From Octopus sinensis (taxonomy: Eukaryota), in contig NW_021834287.1 in the NCBI RefSeq assembly GCF_006345805.1, positions 1 through 50,026 on the forward strand: 50,026 bases of DNA, in the 5' to 3' direction. Position 1 is the first letter of the stretch, and each line of letters begins with the position of its first letter. Below, in pieces: positions 10,960 through 23,041 of the stretch. The notes under the pieces are model-generated. The model saw only the letters and a list, made by a program, of their open reading frames with translations, was not told the origin of the DNA and searched no databases. The position numbers and the translations under genes are program-made.

Positions 10960-11140
10960 GTTTCAGTCATTTGACTGTGGCCATGCTGGAGCACCGCCTT
11001 TAATCAAGCAAACTCAACCCCGGGACTTATTCTTTGTAAGACTAGTACTTATTCTGTCAGTCTCTCTTACCGAACCGCTAAGTGACGGGGGCATAAACAC
11101 ACCAGCATCGGTTGTCAAACGATGCTGGGGAGCAACAAGA
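10960..11140 (-). mobile_element. SINE family A, 3' half, tail-to-tail with the previous copy
   Basis: Reverse complement of about 10735-10905. Confidence 0.85.
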
Positions 11141-11149
11141 CACACAAAC

Positions 11150-11150
11150 A

Positions 11151-11231
<81 letters not shown>

Positions 11232-11276
11232 TAATATATATCTATGTATATATATATATAATATATATATATATAA

Positions 11277-11307
<31 letters not shown>

Positions 11308-11312
11308 AATAT

Positions 11313-11392
<80 letters not shown>

Positions 11393-11766
11393 GATATATA
11401 TATATATATAATATTATAATTATATACATATACATATATACGTGCATACACACACATATATATCGTTTTCGGCGTTAGAGTCTAATGAGACGTTGATGTG
11501 GTCAAGGCCTTTCTGGATGCGAGACCATTGGTCACTCTTGAAACGGTCATACTGCAACACCTCTGAATATCTTATTGTTTATTTTGATTATATATATATA
11601 CAATATAATATATATATATGTATATATATATGTATATTATATTAGTATATATATATATGTATATATATGTATGTATATATATATGTATATATATATATAT
11701 GTTATATATATATGTATAATATATATGTATATATATATATGTATATGTATATGTATATATATTATA

Positions 11767-11810
<44 letters not shown>
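11150..11810. repeat. (TA)n-rich microsatellite blocks
   Basis: Direct inspection; source of the spurious IYIY ORFs. Confidence 0.9.
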
Positions 11811-11811
<1 letters not shown>

Positions 11812-11814
11812 ACG

Positions 11815-11955
11815 TTTTACTCTTTTACTTGTTTCAGTCATTTGGCTGCGGCCATGCTGGAGCACCGCCTTTATTCGAGCAAATCGACCCCGGGACTTAT
11901 TCTTTGTAAGCCCAGTACTTATTCTATCGGTCTCTTTTGGCGAATCGCTAAGTGA
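11815..11955 (-). mobile_element. SINE family A, 3' fragment
   Basis: ttgtttcagtcatttggctgcggccatgctggagcaccgcc...cccgggacttattctttgtaagcccagtac. Confidence 0.8.
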
Positions 11956-12035
11956 CATACGACAGGCTTCTTTCAGTTATATTATTACACACACACACAC
12001 ACACACACTATATAATATATTAATATATATATATA

Positions 12036-12077
<42 letters not shown>

Positions 12078-12423
12078 ATACAGAGTATATATTTTTTTTC
12101 CGCGCCAATTTCCTGCTACTTAGTGTCCTGGGGTTCTGTCGTTTCGCCACAGTACACTAAGCAGTAACTTTTTCTTTTTTTACACAATATTAATAGGGAG
12201 ATTTAAGGGAAATAACTCTGCAAATTTACTTCTTAGTTATTTCCCTTTAACCAAATTTCAACTCATGCACACACGCGCGCGTACACACACACACACACAC
12301 ACCACACACACTCAGATAACCATTTGATGGCCTCTGGTGTTCCAAAGATTAATATTCGATGTACCTAAACCCGCTAGAAAAATCAGCCAAATCTCCCTCA
12401 ACACCCTACTGTCTTTTGTTGTA

Positions 12424-12596
12424 TAGGCGCAGGAGTGGCTGTGTGGTAAGTAGCTTGCTTACCAACCACGTGGTTCCGGGTTCAGTCCCATTGCGTGGCA
12501 TCTTGGGCAAGTGTCTTCTGCTATAGCCCCGGGCCGACCAATGCCTTGTAAGTGGATTTGGTAGACGGAAACTGAAAGAAGCCTGTCGTATATATG

Positions 12597-12635
<39 letters not shown>

Positions 12636-12837
12636 CTGTGTTTGTCCCCTAGCATTGCTTGACAACCGATGCTGGTGTGTTTACGTCCCCGTCACTTAGC
12701 GGTTCGGCAAAAGAGACTGATAGAATAAGTACTGGGCTTACAAAGAATAAGTCCCGGGGTCGATTTGCTCGACTAAAGGCGGTGCTCCAGCATGGCCGCA
12801 GTCAAATGACTGAAACAAGTAAAAGAGTAAAAGAGTA
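12424..12837 (+). mobile_element. SINE family A, full-length
   Basis: Same head and tail as 10507; tail (aaaagagt)2. Confidence 0.85.
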
Positions 12838-12855
12838 TATATACATACACATACA

Positions 12856-13088
12856 AAGGCGGCAAGCTGGCAGAGATGTTAGCACGTCGGGCGAAATGCT
12901 TAGCGGTATTTCGTCTGCCGTTACGTTGTGAGTTCAAATTCCACCGAGGTCGACTTTGCCTTTCATCCTTTCAGGGTCGATGAATTAAGTACCAGTTACG
13001 CACTGGAGTCAATGTAATCGACTTAATTCGTTTGTCTATCCCTGTTTGTCCCCTCTATGTTTAGCCCCTTGTGGGTAGTAAAGAAATA
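12856..13088 (+). mobile_element. SINE family B copy directly behind SINE A
   Basis: aaggcggcaagctggcagag...gagttcaaattcc...gccccttgtgggtagtaaagaaata. Confidence 0.8.
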
Positions 13089-13108
13089 TATATATATATA
13101 TATGTATG

Positions 13109-13163
<55 letters not shown>

Positions 13164-13529
13164 GTGGGGAGGTAGAGAATATCATTGAAATTCCTGCTAA
13201 AAATTCCCGAAAAAATGTTACGGAATGTTATTAAGACAATCCAAAATTAGTTAAATTCCAATTGAACAACGAGAGACGAGTGAAAAGCGTGTAAATATAA
13301 TCATATGATTCCACCGTATAGAAGAGGTGTGGGTTCGATTCACACTCATGCCAACACCCATTTTTTACCCAGCACACCCCACCCCCTTTTTACAACCACT
13401 ACTTCACCACGCGTTCTATTCTCTCCCTTTCTACCTCTATCTCCTTTTCAACCAAACCCACTTACATCTGCCTTCGCGACAAATCCTTCCACCATTCTCT
13501 CCCTCCACCCCTCTCTATCCCCCTGTATC

Positions 13530-14495
13530 GAAAGTAATGACAGCCTTTGAGAAAGAGGGAAAAACCTCCTTGTCGAAACGAAACTCCGGACAAAAACTAA
13601 AACTTTCAGATTGGGACCGTCGGACTCTTCGCGGATTGTTAGAAAGGATCACAAAAGTACAGCTCCCAAGATTACTGCAGAGTTTAATGACCACCTCGGG
13701 AACCTAGTTTCCACAAAAACTGTTCGCCGGGAGGTGTACAAAGCCGGATTTCACAGGAGGGCTGCAATCAGAAAACCTCTACTTTCAAAAACAACCGTTG
13801 CCAAGTGTTTAGAGTGGAGTAAAAACCCACAGAATTGGTCCCTAGAGAAGTGGAAGAATGTTATTTTCTCAGGCAAGTCATCATTTACCTTGTTTCCGAC
13901 CACCGGCCGAGTATATGTGTGGAGACAGCCAAAACATGCATTTGACCGAAACTGCCTTCTTCCAACTGTTAAACTTGGAGGAGGATCTGTGATGATCTGG
14001 AGTGGGGGCTATACCTTGGAAATCCGCCGGCCCATTGGTTTCCCTTCATGGCAGAATTAACAGTCAAGACTATTTAAGCATTTTATCTGATCAAATTCAT
14101 CCTATGGATGCGGAACTGTCTCCGGAGGGAAACACAATCTTTCAGGATGATAATGCACCAATTCACACAGCTAAATTTGTTACTGAATGGTACAAGGACC
14201 ACTCTAGTGAAGTTGAACATCTTATCTGGCCACCACAGTCCCCAGATCTCAAAATTATTGAACATTTATGGTGCATATTAGAAAAACAAGTAAGGAGTCC
14301 ATATCGTCCACCATCATCACTACAAGAACTGGAGACTGTTTTAGCTGAAGAATGGACAAAAATTCTCTTTGGAAACAATTCAAACTTTGTATGGGAATTC
14401 AAGCTATAATTACTGCCAAAGGCGGTCCTACCCCTATTATAATAAAATTGTTTGAAATTTTAAGGTGTTTCTATTATTTTGTCCACTCCCTGTAT
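13530..14495 (+). mobile_element. Tc1-like transposon (DD36E spacing), 5'-truncated, frameshifted transposase
   Basis: ORFs 13611-14060 and 14002-14409: HTH region (STKTVRRE..KAGF..R.A.RKPLLS), W.NVIFSGKSSF (first catalytic D lost), FQDDNAPIH, WPPQSPDLKIIEHLW. 3' TIR-like end ggtgtttctattattttgtccactccctg followed by TA. Confidence 0.85.
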
Positions 14496-14550
14496 TTATG
14501 CATGTATGTATGTATGTATATATGTATGTATGTATGTATGTATAAGGATT

Positions 14551-14587
<37 letters not shown>

Positions 14588-14923
14588 GCATATAAACATA
14601 AATCTTTAGTTAAATATATTCAATGAGACTATTATATACTGAATTTATATTGAGTGTTCAATTGTATCAAAGTTTTAATACTATCAAAGTATTTATATAT
14701 TTAATCCGAGCGATTATATACATATATATTTTTAAATAATATATTATTATTGATATTAGGAAATCAATATCAAAATTCCTCAGAAAGATATACACGTGTG
14801 AAAAATGATTGTTGTATTAAAAATATCATCGTTATATTTTTTATCTTATATTTAATCTTTCTATCATATGTAATTTTCTAGATGGTGTAATTTAATTTTC
14901 ATTTTGAATTGATAAAAGGTGGG

Positions 14924-14960
<37 letters not shown>

Positions 14961-15056
14961 GAGGGAGATAAATTAATATTAATTTTAATATCAATTTAAA
15001 ACCAGTAGTCTAGCATACAAAAAATCTGAGAAGTCAGAGAAAATTCTAATATATGT

Positions 15057-15534
15057 GTATATTGGCAGGGCTGGACTGCTAGGTAGTCGGCCAAATGCTA
15101 GAAACAGATCATCAACGATCAAACTACAAAGGAAATTCTCTAGAGGAAAAATTCAGCGAACACCAGAACCAAATTTGGCGGGCAGGACAGATGAAAAATT
15201 TATATAAAAAAAAAACAGAATTAAATGCATACCTCGGTTTCGGCCTTTAACAAAAGAATTACTTACATAATTCAAATGTCCGTGGCTTCATCAGTGCATT
15301 CGTTCCGTGTGAATGCAAACTACAAAAGTAACCCCAGCTTTCTGTGCCAAGACAGACACGTGCTTAGTTTTACCGATTACATTAGGGATAAAATTTCAAA
15401 TGTCTTGGTTCGCCAAATTTGGTTCTGGTGTTCGCTGAATTTTTCCTCTAGAGAATTTCCTTTGTAGTTTGATCGTTGATGATCTGTTTCTAGCATTCGG
15501 CCGACTACCTAGCAGTCCAGCCCTGCCAATATAC
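15057..15534. repeat. Fold-back inverted repeat, 124-bp arms (15057-15180 / 15411-15534), 230-bp spacer
   Basis: Arms are reverse complements with one mismatch seen (ggccaaatgc vs ggccgaatgc). A diverged single copy of the arm lies at about 46740-46850. Confidence 0.9.
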
Positions 15535-15708
15535 ATATATATATATATATATAAATATATATATATATATGATATATGATCTCACTACCCATATAAGTTA
15601 ATAAGTTAATAAGGTAATAAGTATTCTGGAATGGTGCCCAAGAAACGGACAAATTGAGAAACAGACAGACAGACAAACAGACAAGTTATGGTCTTCATTA
15701 AAACATCT

Positions 15709-15714
15709 TTTATT
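15709..15714 (-). terminator. Putative poly(A) signal of the EMI-EGF gene
   Basis: AATAAA on - followed by a TG-rich downstream tract (tctgtttgtctgtctgtctgt), about 345 nt after the stop at 16057. Confidence 0.5.
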
Positions 15715-16056
15715 TAATTGATAACGTGTGAAAATATACAAAAACACTTCATATATTAAGATGTACGTGTGTGCGCATGTGTGTATGGTTGTCTGATGTA
15801 AGGTGGGACATCAGTGACTAACAGACAAGCAGAGAGACGAACTAGTAATAAAGTTTATGTCTGAAATCTGGAGAGGAGCTGAGATGACCCGGTGAGGAGG
15901 TCATGTGGAAAGGAGAAGACTACCCAGGAATAATGTCCTGGTGTGATTATATGTTTGAGAGGGTTTTGACTATGTGTATCTAGGAGTATATTTTTGAATG
16001 TTTACTATAACAGTAATTGTGGCAGTAGTTGTTGTTGTTGATGTTTAGCTGTTGTT

Positions 16057-16274
16057 TTATTTTTTCGATTGTTTCCGTAGCGATGGCGAAAACTTTGGTA
16101 TGACTTCTCTGTTGTTTCGCGGTTTGCTTTTCGGGTTTCCTCTGTACATCCCGTAGCACCAGTTTCCATGAGGATGAAACCCACCGGGGCAAGCGCAGTA
16201 GTAGGATCCATATGTGTTAACACACCTGTAAGGATGAGGACAGTAATGGATTCCGCACTCGCATTCATTAACGT
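16057..16274 (-). CDS. Exon 4 of secreted EMI-like/cbEGF gene: calcium-binding EGF domain plus basic tail
   Basis: Acceptor ttttattttcag|AC (phase 1). D-VNECECGIHYCPHPYRCVNTYGSYYCACPGGFHPHGNWCY fits the cbEGF consensus D-V-N-E-C...C-x-N-x-x-G-S-Y-x-C-x-C-x-x-G-F. Confidence 0.85.
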
Positions 16275-16386
16275 CTGAAAATAAAAATAGGTAAAAATAC
16301 ATGAGTAAAAATATTTAAAAAATTAGAAATATTAAAAGAAAAAACCCATAGCCCTTTCCGTAAAGGGTTCAAATAAAAGCCTAGGG

Positions 16387-16587
16387 CAGTGGTTTTCAAC
16401 CAGGGTTCCACCAGTACAGTTCAGGGGTTCCGCAAGAAGTTACAAAAATGCTAAAATCGACAGTAATTTTTAATTCTCCTGTGCAGATATGTGTGCATAA
16501 GACTATTAAATTATTGCACAGGGGTTCCTCGAGCCAGTGGAATGTTTCCTTGGGGTTCCGCTCTAGTAAAAAGGTTGAAAAGCACTG
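16387..16587. mobile_element. hAT (Charlie-like) MITE, 201 bp, in intron 3
   Basis: 15-bp TIRs CAGTGGTTTTCAACC / GGTTGAAAAGCACTG (14 of 15 match); perfect 8-bp TSD GCCTAGGG at 16379-16386 and 16588-16595. Confidence 0.9.
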
Positions 16588-17579
16588 GCCTAGGGAGTAT
16601 CTGAGGTGAAAGCTGTTGGTTGGCATCAGGTCAGTTTTTGCACAACCGGCCAAAGTTTTCTATCATGAACTCCTGATGAAACACATATTCATGAATACAC
16701 CACTACCATAAACAAAGAAATATATATATATATATATATATATATACCATCATCGTCATCATCATCATTATCGTCATCGTCATCATCACCACTACCATTC
16801 TCAATATCATTTAACGACCGTCACTGAACAATTGACCGATTTGTTGAGATAACTGGTGCATCTTGGAGCTGCTTCCAATGAGTTTTCAGCGACGAATATC
16901 GATGAAAAAAGTTGCCACCAAGATTTGTGCCTTCCTTGCTCAGGGAAGTTCAAAGCAGTCATGACTGAAAGGACAGTTGTAAATTGATCCGGACCTCTTT
17001 TTCAAAGGTCATCACTGGTGAAGAAAGCTGATGCTACGGAATGTGGAAGAGGTGAGAAAAACAAAAGCACGACTGCTAAGAATAGGGGAAAACAACTCCT
17101 TGACTCGTGTTTTGCTTCAAATGGAGAATACTTTGAAACTGCAAACATATAAAACTAAGTGAAGATAATATTTTGCACAATTCCGGCTTCTTTGGGTTCC
17201 CCTTGTATGAAAATATGCAAAACAATAGGGAGCAAAAACTGGAACCCTTAAGATGATGGCTTTTTTAAAAGTATAAATATATAGAGATTTACATTAAAAG
17301 GTCCAACTTATACAGAATACAAGCAACAGGGAAAATTAAAGGGGTGGGAGAAGGGCATTATAAGTCCAACAGCTGTTTCTAGGGGTTCAGAAATCCATAA
17401 TAATGTTGGCTGGATCACCGATTGCCCAGAAACGGTTGTTTGTCTCATGACACCTTTAACTTTCTCTGTCCTTTTCATTCTCCGGATGTTGCATCTGTTA
17501 ATAGAAATATCCAGAGATTTATGCATCAAACTTGGTAACCGGAAACTTTCCACCTTTTGCTTTCTCCTGTTTTGCATTT

Positions 17580-18170
17580 ATCATCATCATCATCATCATC
17601 GTTTAACGTCCGCTTTCCATGCTAGCATGGGTTGGACGATTTGACTGAGGTCTGGCGAACCAGATGGCAGCACCAGGCTCCAGTCTTGATCTGGCAGAGT
17701 TTCTACAGCTGGATGCCCTTCCTAACACCAACCACTCCGCGACTGTAGTGGGTGCTTTTTACATGCCACCGGCAAGGGGGCCAGTCAGGCGGCACTGGCA
17801 ACGACCTCACTTGAATCCTTTTACACATGCCACCAGCACAGGTGCCAGTAAGGCAACGCTGGTAACGATCACGCTCAAATGGTGCCCTTTTACATGTCAC
17901 TGGCACGGAAGCCAGTTAGCCACTCTGGCAATGATCACGCTTGGATTTTGCTCTTAGCACCCTACTAGCACAGGGCACAAGTGCCAGTAAGGCGACGCTG
18001 GTAACGATCACACTCGAATGGTGCCTTTTAAGTGCCACCGGAACGGACGCCGGTCAGTTGCTCTGGCAACGATCACACTCATATGGTGCTCTTAGCACTC
18101 CACTAGCACGGATGCCAGTCGTCGAATTTGATTTCGATTTCCCTTGACTCAACAGGTCTTCACAAGCAGA
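17580..18170 (-). mobile_element. SINE-like family D with (GAT)n tail and internal tandem subrepeats
   Basis: catcatcatcgtttaacgtccgctttccatgctagcatgggttggacg shared with 18940-18990 and 19395-19660; repeated gccacc.gcac...gccagt...ggtaacgatcac units. Confidence 0.7.
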
Positions 18171-18241
18171 GTTTAGTGTCCAAAGAAGGAAAATATACAT
18201 ATATGTATATTTCGTATTTGCTGTATTTACTATATTTAATG

Positions 18242-18540
18242 TGTGGAGGCACAATGGCCTAGTGTTAGGGCAGCGGACTCGCGGTCGTAGGATCGCGGTT
18301 TCGATTCCCAGACCGGGCGTTGTGAGTGTTTATTGAGCAAAAACACCTAAAAGCTCCACGACGCTCCGCAGGGGGGGGGGTGATCCCTGCTGTACTCTTT
18401 CACCACTCTTTCTTCTGTTGGCCTGCTCGCTTAGCCAGCGGGGTGGCATCATTCGAAGGTTAAAACAATGCGAACGCATTGTGACCAGCGATGTGTAACT
18501 ACATCTGATGGACTGGTCGGTCACGTGATGACGTGATGAC
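18242..18540 (+). mobile_element. tRNA-derived SINE family C
   Basis: ggaggcacaatggcctagtgttagggcagcggactcgcggtcgtaggatcgcggtttcgattccc (tRNA-like head); head shared with 26975-27350. Confidence 0.8.
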
Positions 18541-18768
18541 TATATTTAATGTATGTGATGTGTCTAATTTGTTTTGTCTGTATTATTTGCTTTGTACCCA
18601 CTCAACCCGATCCATCTGATTGCCTTCCTTCACTTTGTAGAAAGATGTTCTGCATAGACATTGTCGGTGTCCAAGTTTGAATCTTTTAAGAACGATTGTC
18701 TTCTATTCGGAGAACATCTGGATTTCATTTGTGGACTATATATCTGTGTGTATATGTATGTACTGATA

Positions 18769-18804
<36 letters not shown>

Positions 18805-18986
18805 TATATGTATGTATAAATATCCATATAGACGTCTTCTATATCGTAGGGCTGACCAAAGCCCTGTGAGTAGAAGTGGCCGCCAATAGCAACTGAAAGA
18901 AGACCTCTATATATGTATGGCTATGGCTATGTATATATATAGTCCAACCCATGCTAGCATGGAAAGTGGACGTTAAACGATGATGA

Positions 18987-19026
<40 letters not shown>

Positions 19027-19092
19027 GGCTATTACTTATATATTGTTTATTCATTTTTGTACTTTTTCTGATTTGTGTTTTAAAATATACTT

Positions 19093-19664
19093 TACAAGCA
19101 GTAATGCCTAGCATTGCTCGGGTTTGTTTCGACCCTTTAGAATTGGAATTTTTGAAAAGTAAATATTTTGCATTATGTAGCTTGTTATTCTCTTCAAGTG
19201 AACATTTTTCTGGTTGAAATACACCGAAAAATGGCGGCACAGCAGTCAAAACATCGTAAAAAATAGGGATTTTCATAGAAAAAAGGCACCTTTTTGATGT
19301 AAATAATTTTTGGTGTTAACATGGTCAGATTTGAATGTTTTCTTCTACGGAAGGAAGAGCAAGCCTTCTTCTATCATACTCTCATATATATAAATGTTTG
19401 TGCCGGTGACACGTAAAAGCACCGTCCGTTCGTGGCCGTTTGCCAGCTCTGTCTGGCCCCGTGTCGGTGGCACGTAAAAAACACCCACTACACTCGCAGA
19501 GTGGTTGGCGTTAGGAAGGGCATCCAGCCGTAGAAACACTGCCAGATCTGACTGGGCCTGACGAAGCCTTCCAGCTTCACAGACCCCAGTTGACCCGTCC
19601 AACCCATGCTAGCATGGAAAGCGGACGCTAAATGATGATGATGATGATGATGATGATATGATGA

Positions 19665-19745
<81 letters not shown>

Positions 19746-19772
19746 ATATATATACATACAATATATACGATG

Positions 19773-19813
<41 letters not shown>

Positions 19814-20202
19814 TTAATAAGAAAAAACCCTCCAGCCTACATCCCAAAAATTCATTTCTTTGCCGAATTTCTACAATGTTTACGGCGATTCGTTTTTATA
19901 TCTTGATTTTTTTATTTTTCATGCAATTTACGCATGCTTGCACGCGTGGTGAACACAGTTCACGTCAAACAGCTGACTGAGTAAAGTTCACTATTCAATG
20001 CATGGGATAAGGCCTAAACAAACACATTATCGATATTTGCACTTGCGAGATGAATTTCGGAACAGAAATATCGCAGTTCAATTTTCATTCGCCTAAACTT
20101 TAAGTGACCCATTTTTGGTGGTTCTACGATTTGTTGGCTAGGAGGAGATGTGCCGGGAAGTTAAACACACAGACACACAAGTTGAGTTTTATATATATAG
20201 AT
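19093..20202 (+). mobile_element. Helentron/HINE-like non-autonomous element with nested SINE D and TA tracts
   Basis: 5' acaagcagtaatgcctagcattgctcgggtttg and 3' cacacagacacacaagttgagttttatatatatagat followed by T-run resemble HINE termini. That the two halves are one copy is inferred. Confidence 0.45.
19395..19660 (+). mobile_element. SINE-like family D copy
   Basis: Ends ccaacccatgctagcatggaaagcggacgctaaatgatgatgat. Confidence 0.75.
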
Positions 20203-20342
20203 TTTTTATTTATAATTTGGTTTATATCTATCATTGTTTGAATTACATAATAGTTGTTTTTCTCTAATTTATATATATTATATACATGTATATATATATA
20301 TATGTACGTATGTATGTATATACATATATATATGTATGTATG

Positions 20343-20465
<123 letters not shown>

Positions 20466-20510
20466 ATATATATATACATATATATATACATATATACATA
20501 TATATATATG

Positions 20511-20565
<55 letters not shown>

Positions 20566-21179
20566 GTGTGTGTGTGTGTGTTTTAGTGGAGTAAAGTATA
20601 GTGAAATGACAAACTTACCATGGCAGTGATTTCCATGTTCGTAGAAACCGTGATGACAGAAGCAGAAGTATGATCCGGGTGTGTTGACACAGTGATGTTG
20701 ACAGGGTCTTCTTAGACATTCGTTTATATCTATTTAATAAAACAAATTTTAAAAAATACGTTTTTGATTTCGGCAGAAAGAGAGAAATATTAAGGAGAGG
20801 AATTTAATCAATGATTTTATTGACCCCCGTAAAGATGAAGATTAGAATTCACCTTGGCGGATTTTGAAATCAGAATCGAAACAAATAAATATTCGATGAA
20901 AAACTGCAAAGCAGCTTCTTTCCCAACGCTCCACTGATTATGTCATCTCTCAGCAAAGGACTGATGATGTCTGCTCAAAGCCAGTCACTGCGGACGAATA
21001 TCGTTCAGGTAAAAATAGACCAAACCGCAGGAAACGCAAAGTGTAGACTTCTATAACGGGAAAGTGGAATCCGTTATGCATATAATAATAATTTCCTTTA
21101 TTCTTTTGGCACAGAAGAAATATATGCAGAGGCGTGACTGTGTGGCCAAAGCAGTACACTCGGACATGGAAAAGAGGAA

Positions 21180-21860
21180 TAAACAGCTGAAGGTTCGGAC
21201 ACGAACCAAAGTGTGTAATAGAGAGCAACCAGTGCAAGGGTCTATGGGATTTTTATCGAGAGACAGATCGCGAAATTTCTGGTCAAGGAGAATAACAGAG
21301 GGCATCATCATAGATGTGGCTATATCTGCAGACATGAATGTAGTGGTGAAAGAAGAGGAATAAATTGGAAAATAGGAGGATTTGGTGACCACTGTCCCAA
21401 TCGATATAAACGTATCTGTGAAGACCTACCAAAAACTGAGCAAGTATAAAGATCTTGAAATAGAAATTGGCAAAATGTGGAACCTCAAGACTATGACCTG
21501 TTGTCATAGGTGCCCTGGGAATGATAGCAAAAGGGACTGATTGCTACCTAACAGGAAACCCAAAAATGGCAGAAATTCAAAAGATAGTGCTCAGGGGAAC
21601 TGCCCATATCCTACGTAAAATACTGTCTATATAATGTCAAATTTTAAAACAAACAATTTTCTCGTGGTTTGTTAAACATTCTCTAGAACAACAATATGTA
21701 CAAAACCAAATATATGGCCCCTTAGGAATAACACCAACACGAACTTCCAACTTGTTGTCTCTTGAGGTCTCTGGGTGAGACTAGGAGCCAACTTGTACAA
21801 ATACAAAGCAAATGTCTGACATTGTGAAAACTGAATTTTGTATATAGACATAGTGGACAA
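21180..21860 (+). mobile_element. Chimeric R4/Dong-type LINE 3' fragments in intron 3
   Basis: Degraded REL region (IDVAISADMNVVVKEEE) joined near 21392 to sequence nearly identical to 35959-36420 (including 3'UTR ctctgggtgagact.ggagccaacttgtaca). Confidence 0.8.
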
Positions 21861-22199
21861 ACTGTATTACTGTTGTTGTTGTTGGTGGTGGTGGTGCTGT
21901 CATGCCCCAGTCTCTACATCCTCAAAACTTATCCCGTTTCATCATTCTCCAGCTGACCCCAAATCTTCCGACCTCCCCCCCCTGTCTTATTTATTTCTCT
22001 TTATTGAAAATATTCACCCCCTCCTCCTATTCCCCATTTCTTCCTCTTCCGTACACTATAGTAACCCCGACCCACAAACCTCTTACCACTCAGCCGTGCC
22101 TGGTGCGTGTCTATCGAGATATATCAAATCCAATACGGAATAAACGAGAGATCGATGTCTACATATAATATCACAAACGTATTAAATCCATGTTCTTAC

Positions 22200-22282
22200 C
22201 TATACATCTCCTACGTCTGCGATCGTACCGGTATCCTGGACAACATCTGCGACACATACGATAAACTAGTTTGTAAGCTATC
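22200..22282 (-). CDS. Exon 3 of secreted EMI-like/cbEGF gene
   Basis: Acceptor cattctttcactttgcag|G, donor ATA G|gtaaga; 83 nt, phase 2 to phase 1; encodes (R)IAYKLVYRMCRRCCPGYRYDRRRRRCI(D). Confidence 0.85.
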
Positions 22283-22361
22283 CTGCAAAGTGAAAGAATG
22301 AGAGTTAAAAGGAATTTATGAGAAGAGTGGCTACAGCTACAGAGCTGCATACATACATACC

Positions 22362-22403
<42 letters not shown>

Positions 22404-22721
22404 TAAATTAGAGATAAAACCACTATTAGGCAAATCAAACAGTGAAAATCATTAGCCAATACATCGAAATAAAATTAATTAAAAAAATATAAAATATAAA
22501 TATAAAAAATATAAAATTCCAAATTAAAATATTTAAATTAAAGTTAAAATTTAAAATTATTTAAATTTAAACTTATAAAAAGGGGTTACAAAATGGTGGA
22601 AGGGGACAAAACTGCCATTCGTTTGGGTTTTACATTATTGTGAATACCTTTGTACCATTCTTGCAAACATTTACTCTGTTTTGTTAGTAGTAAGAACTAA
22701 AAGAAGTGGCTTCGTATTTAC

Positions 22722-22787
22722 CTGCACCTTCCACTTTTACAGGGTCTATAGGTTACTTTTTTGGAGCATCTGTAATAACACCATCCG
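22722..22787 (-). CDS. Exon 2 of secreted EMI-like/cbEGF gene
   Basis: Acceptor cccatttttctttacag|C, donor AG|gtaaat; 66 nt, phase 2-2; encodes (N)GWCYYRCSKKVTYRPCKSGRC(R). Confidence 0.8.
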
Positions 22788-22926
22788 CTGTAAAGAAAAA
22801 TGGGACATGAGATATATAAAAATTAGATAGATAGATTGATAGACAGACAGACAGATAGAGAGGGAGACAGATAGATAGATAGATGGACGGACGGATGATA
22901 TATATATATATATATAATATTAATTA

Positions 22927-23006
22927 GAGACAAAACCACTATTTTGCAAATCAAACAAGGAAAGACTTAATCAATACATAAAAAAATTTTAATATAAAGT
23001 AAATAT

Positions 23007-23041
<35 letters not shown>

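Noticed and set aside
11115-11955. IYIY/YIYI ORFs here and at 19488-20594, 24729-25125, 26440-26826, 47824-48176
   Set aside because: (TA)n microsatellite artefacts.
18242-18315. tRNA gene (also 27280-27350)
   Set aside because: tRNA-like head continues into a multi-copy SINE body; no complete cloverleaf with terminator.
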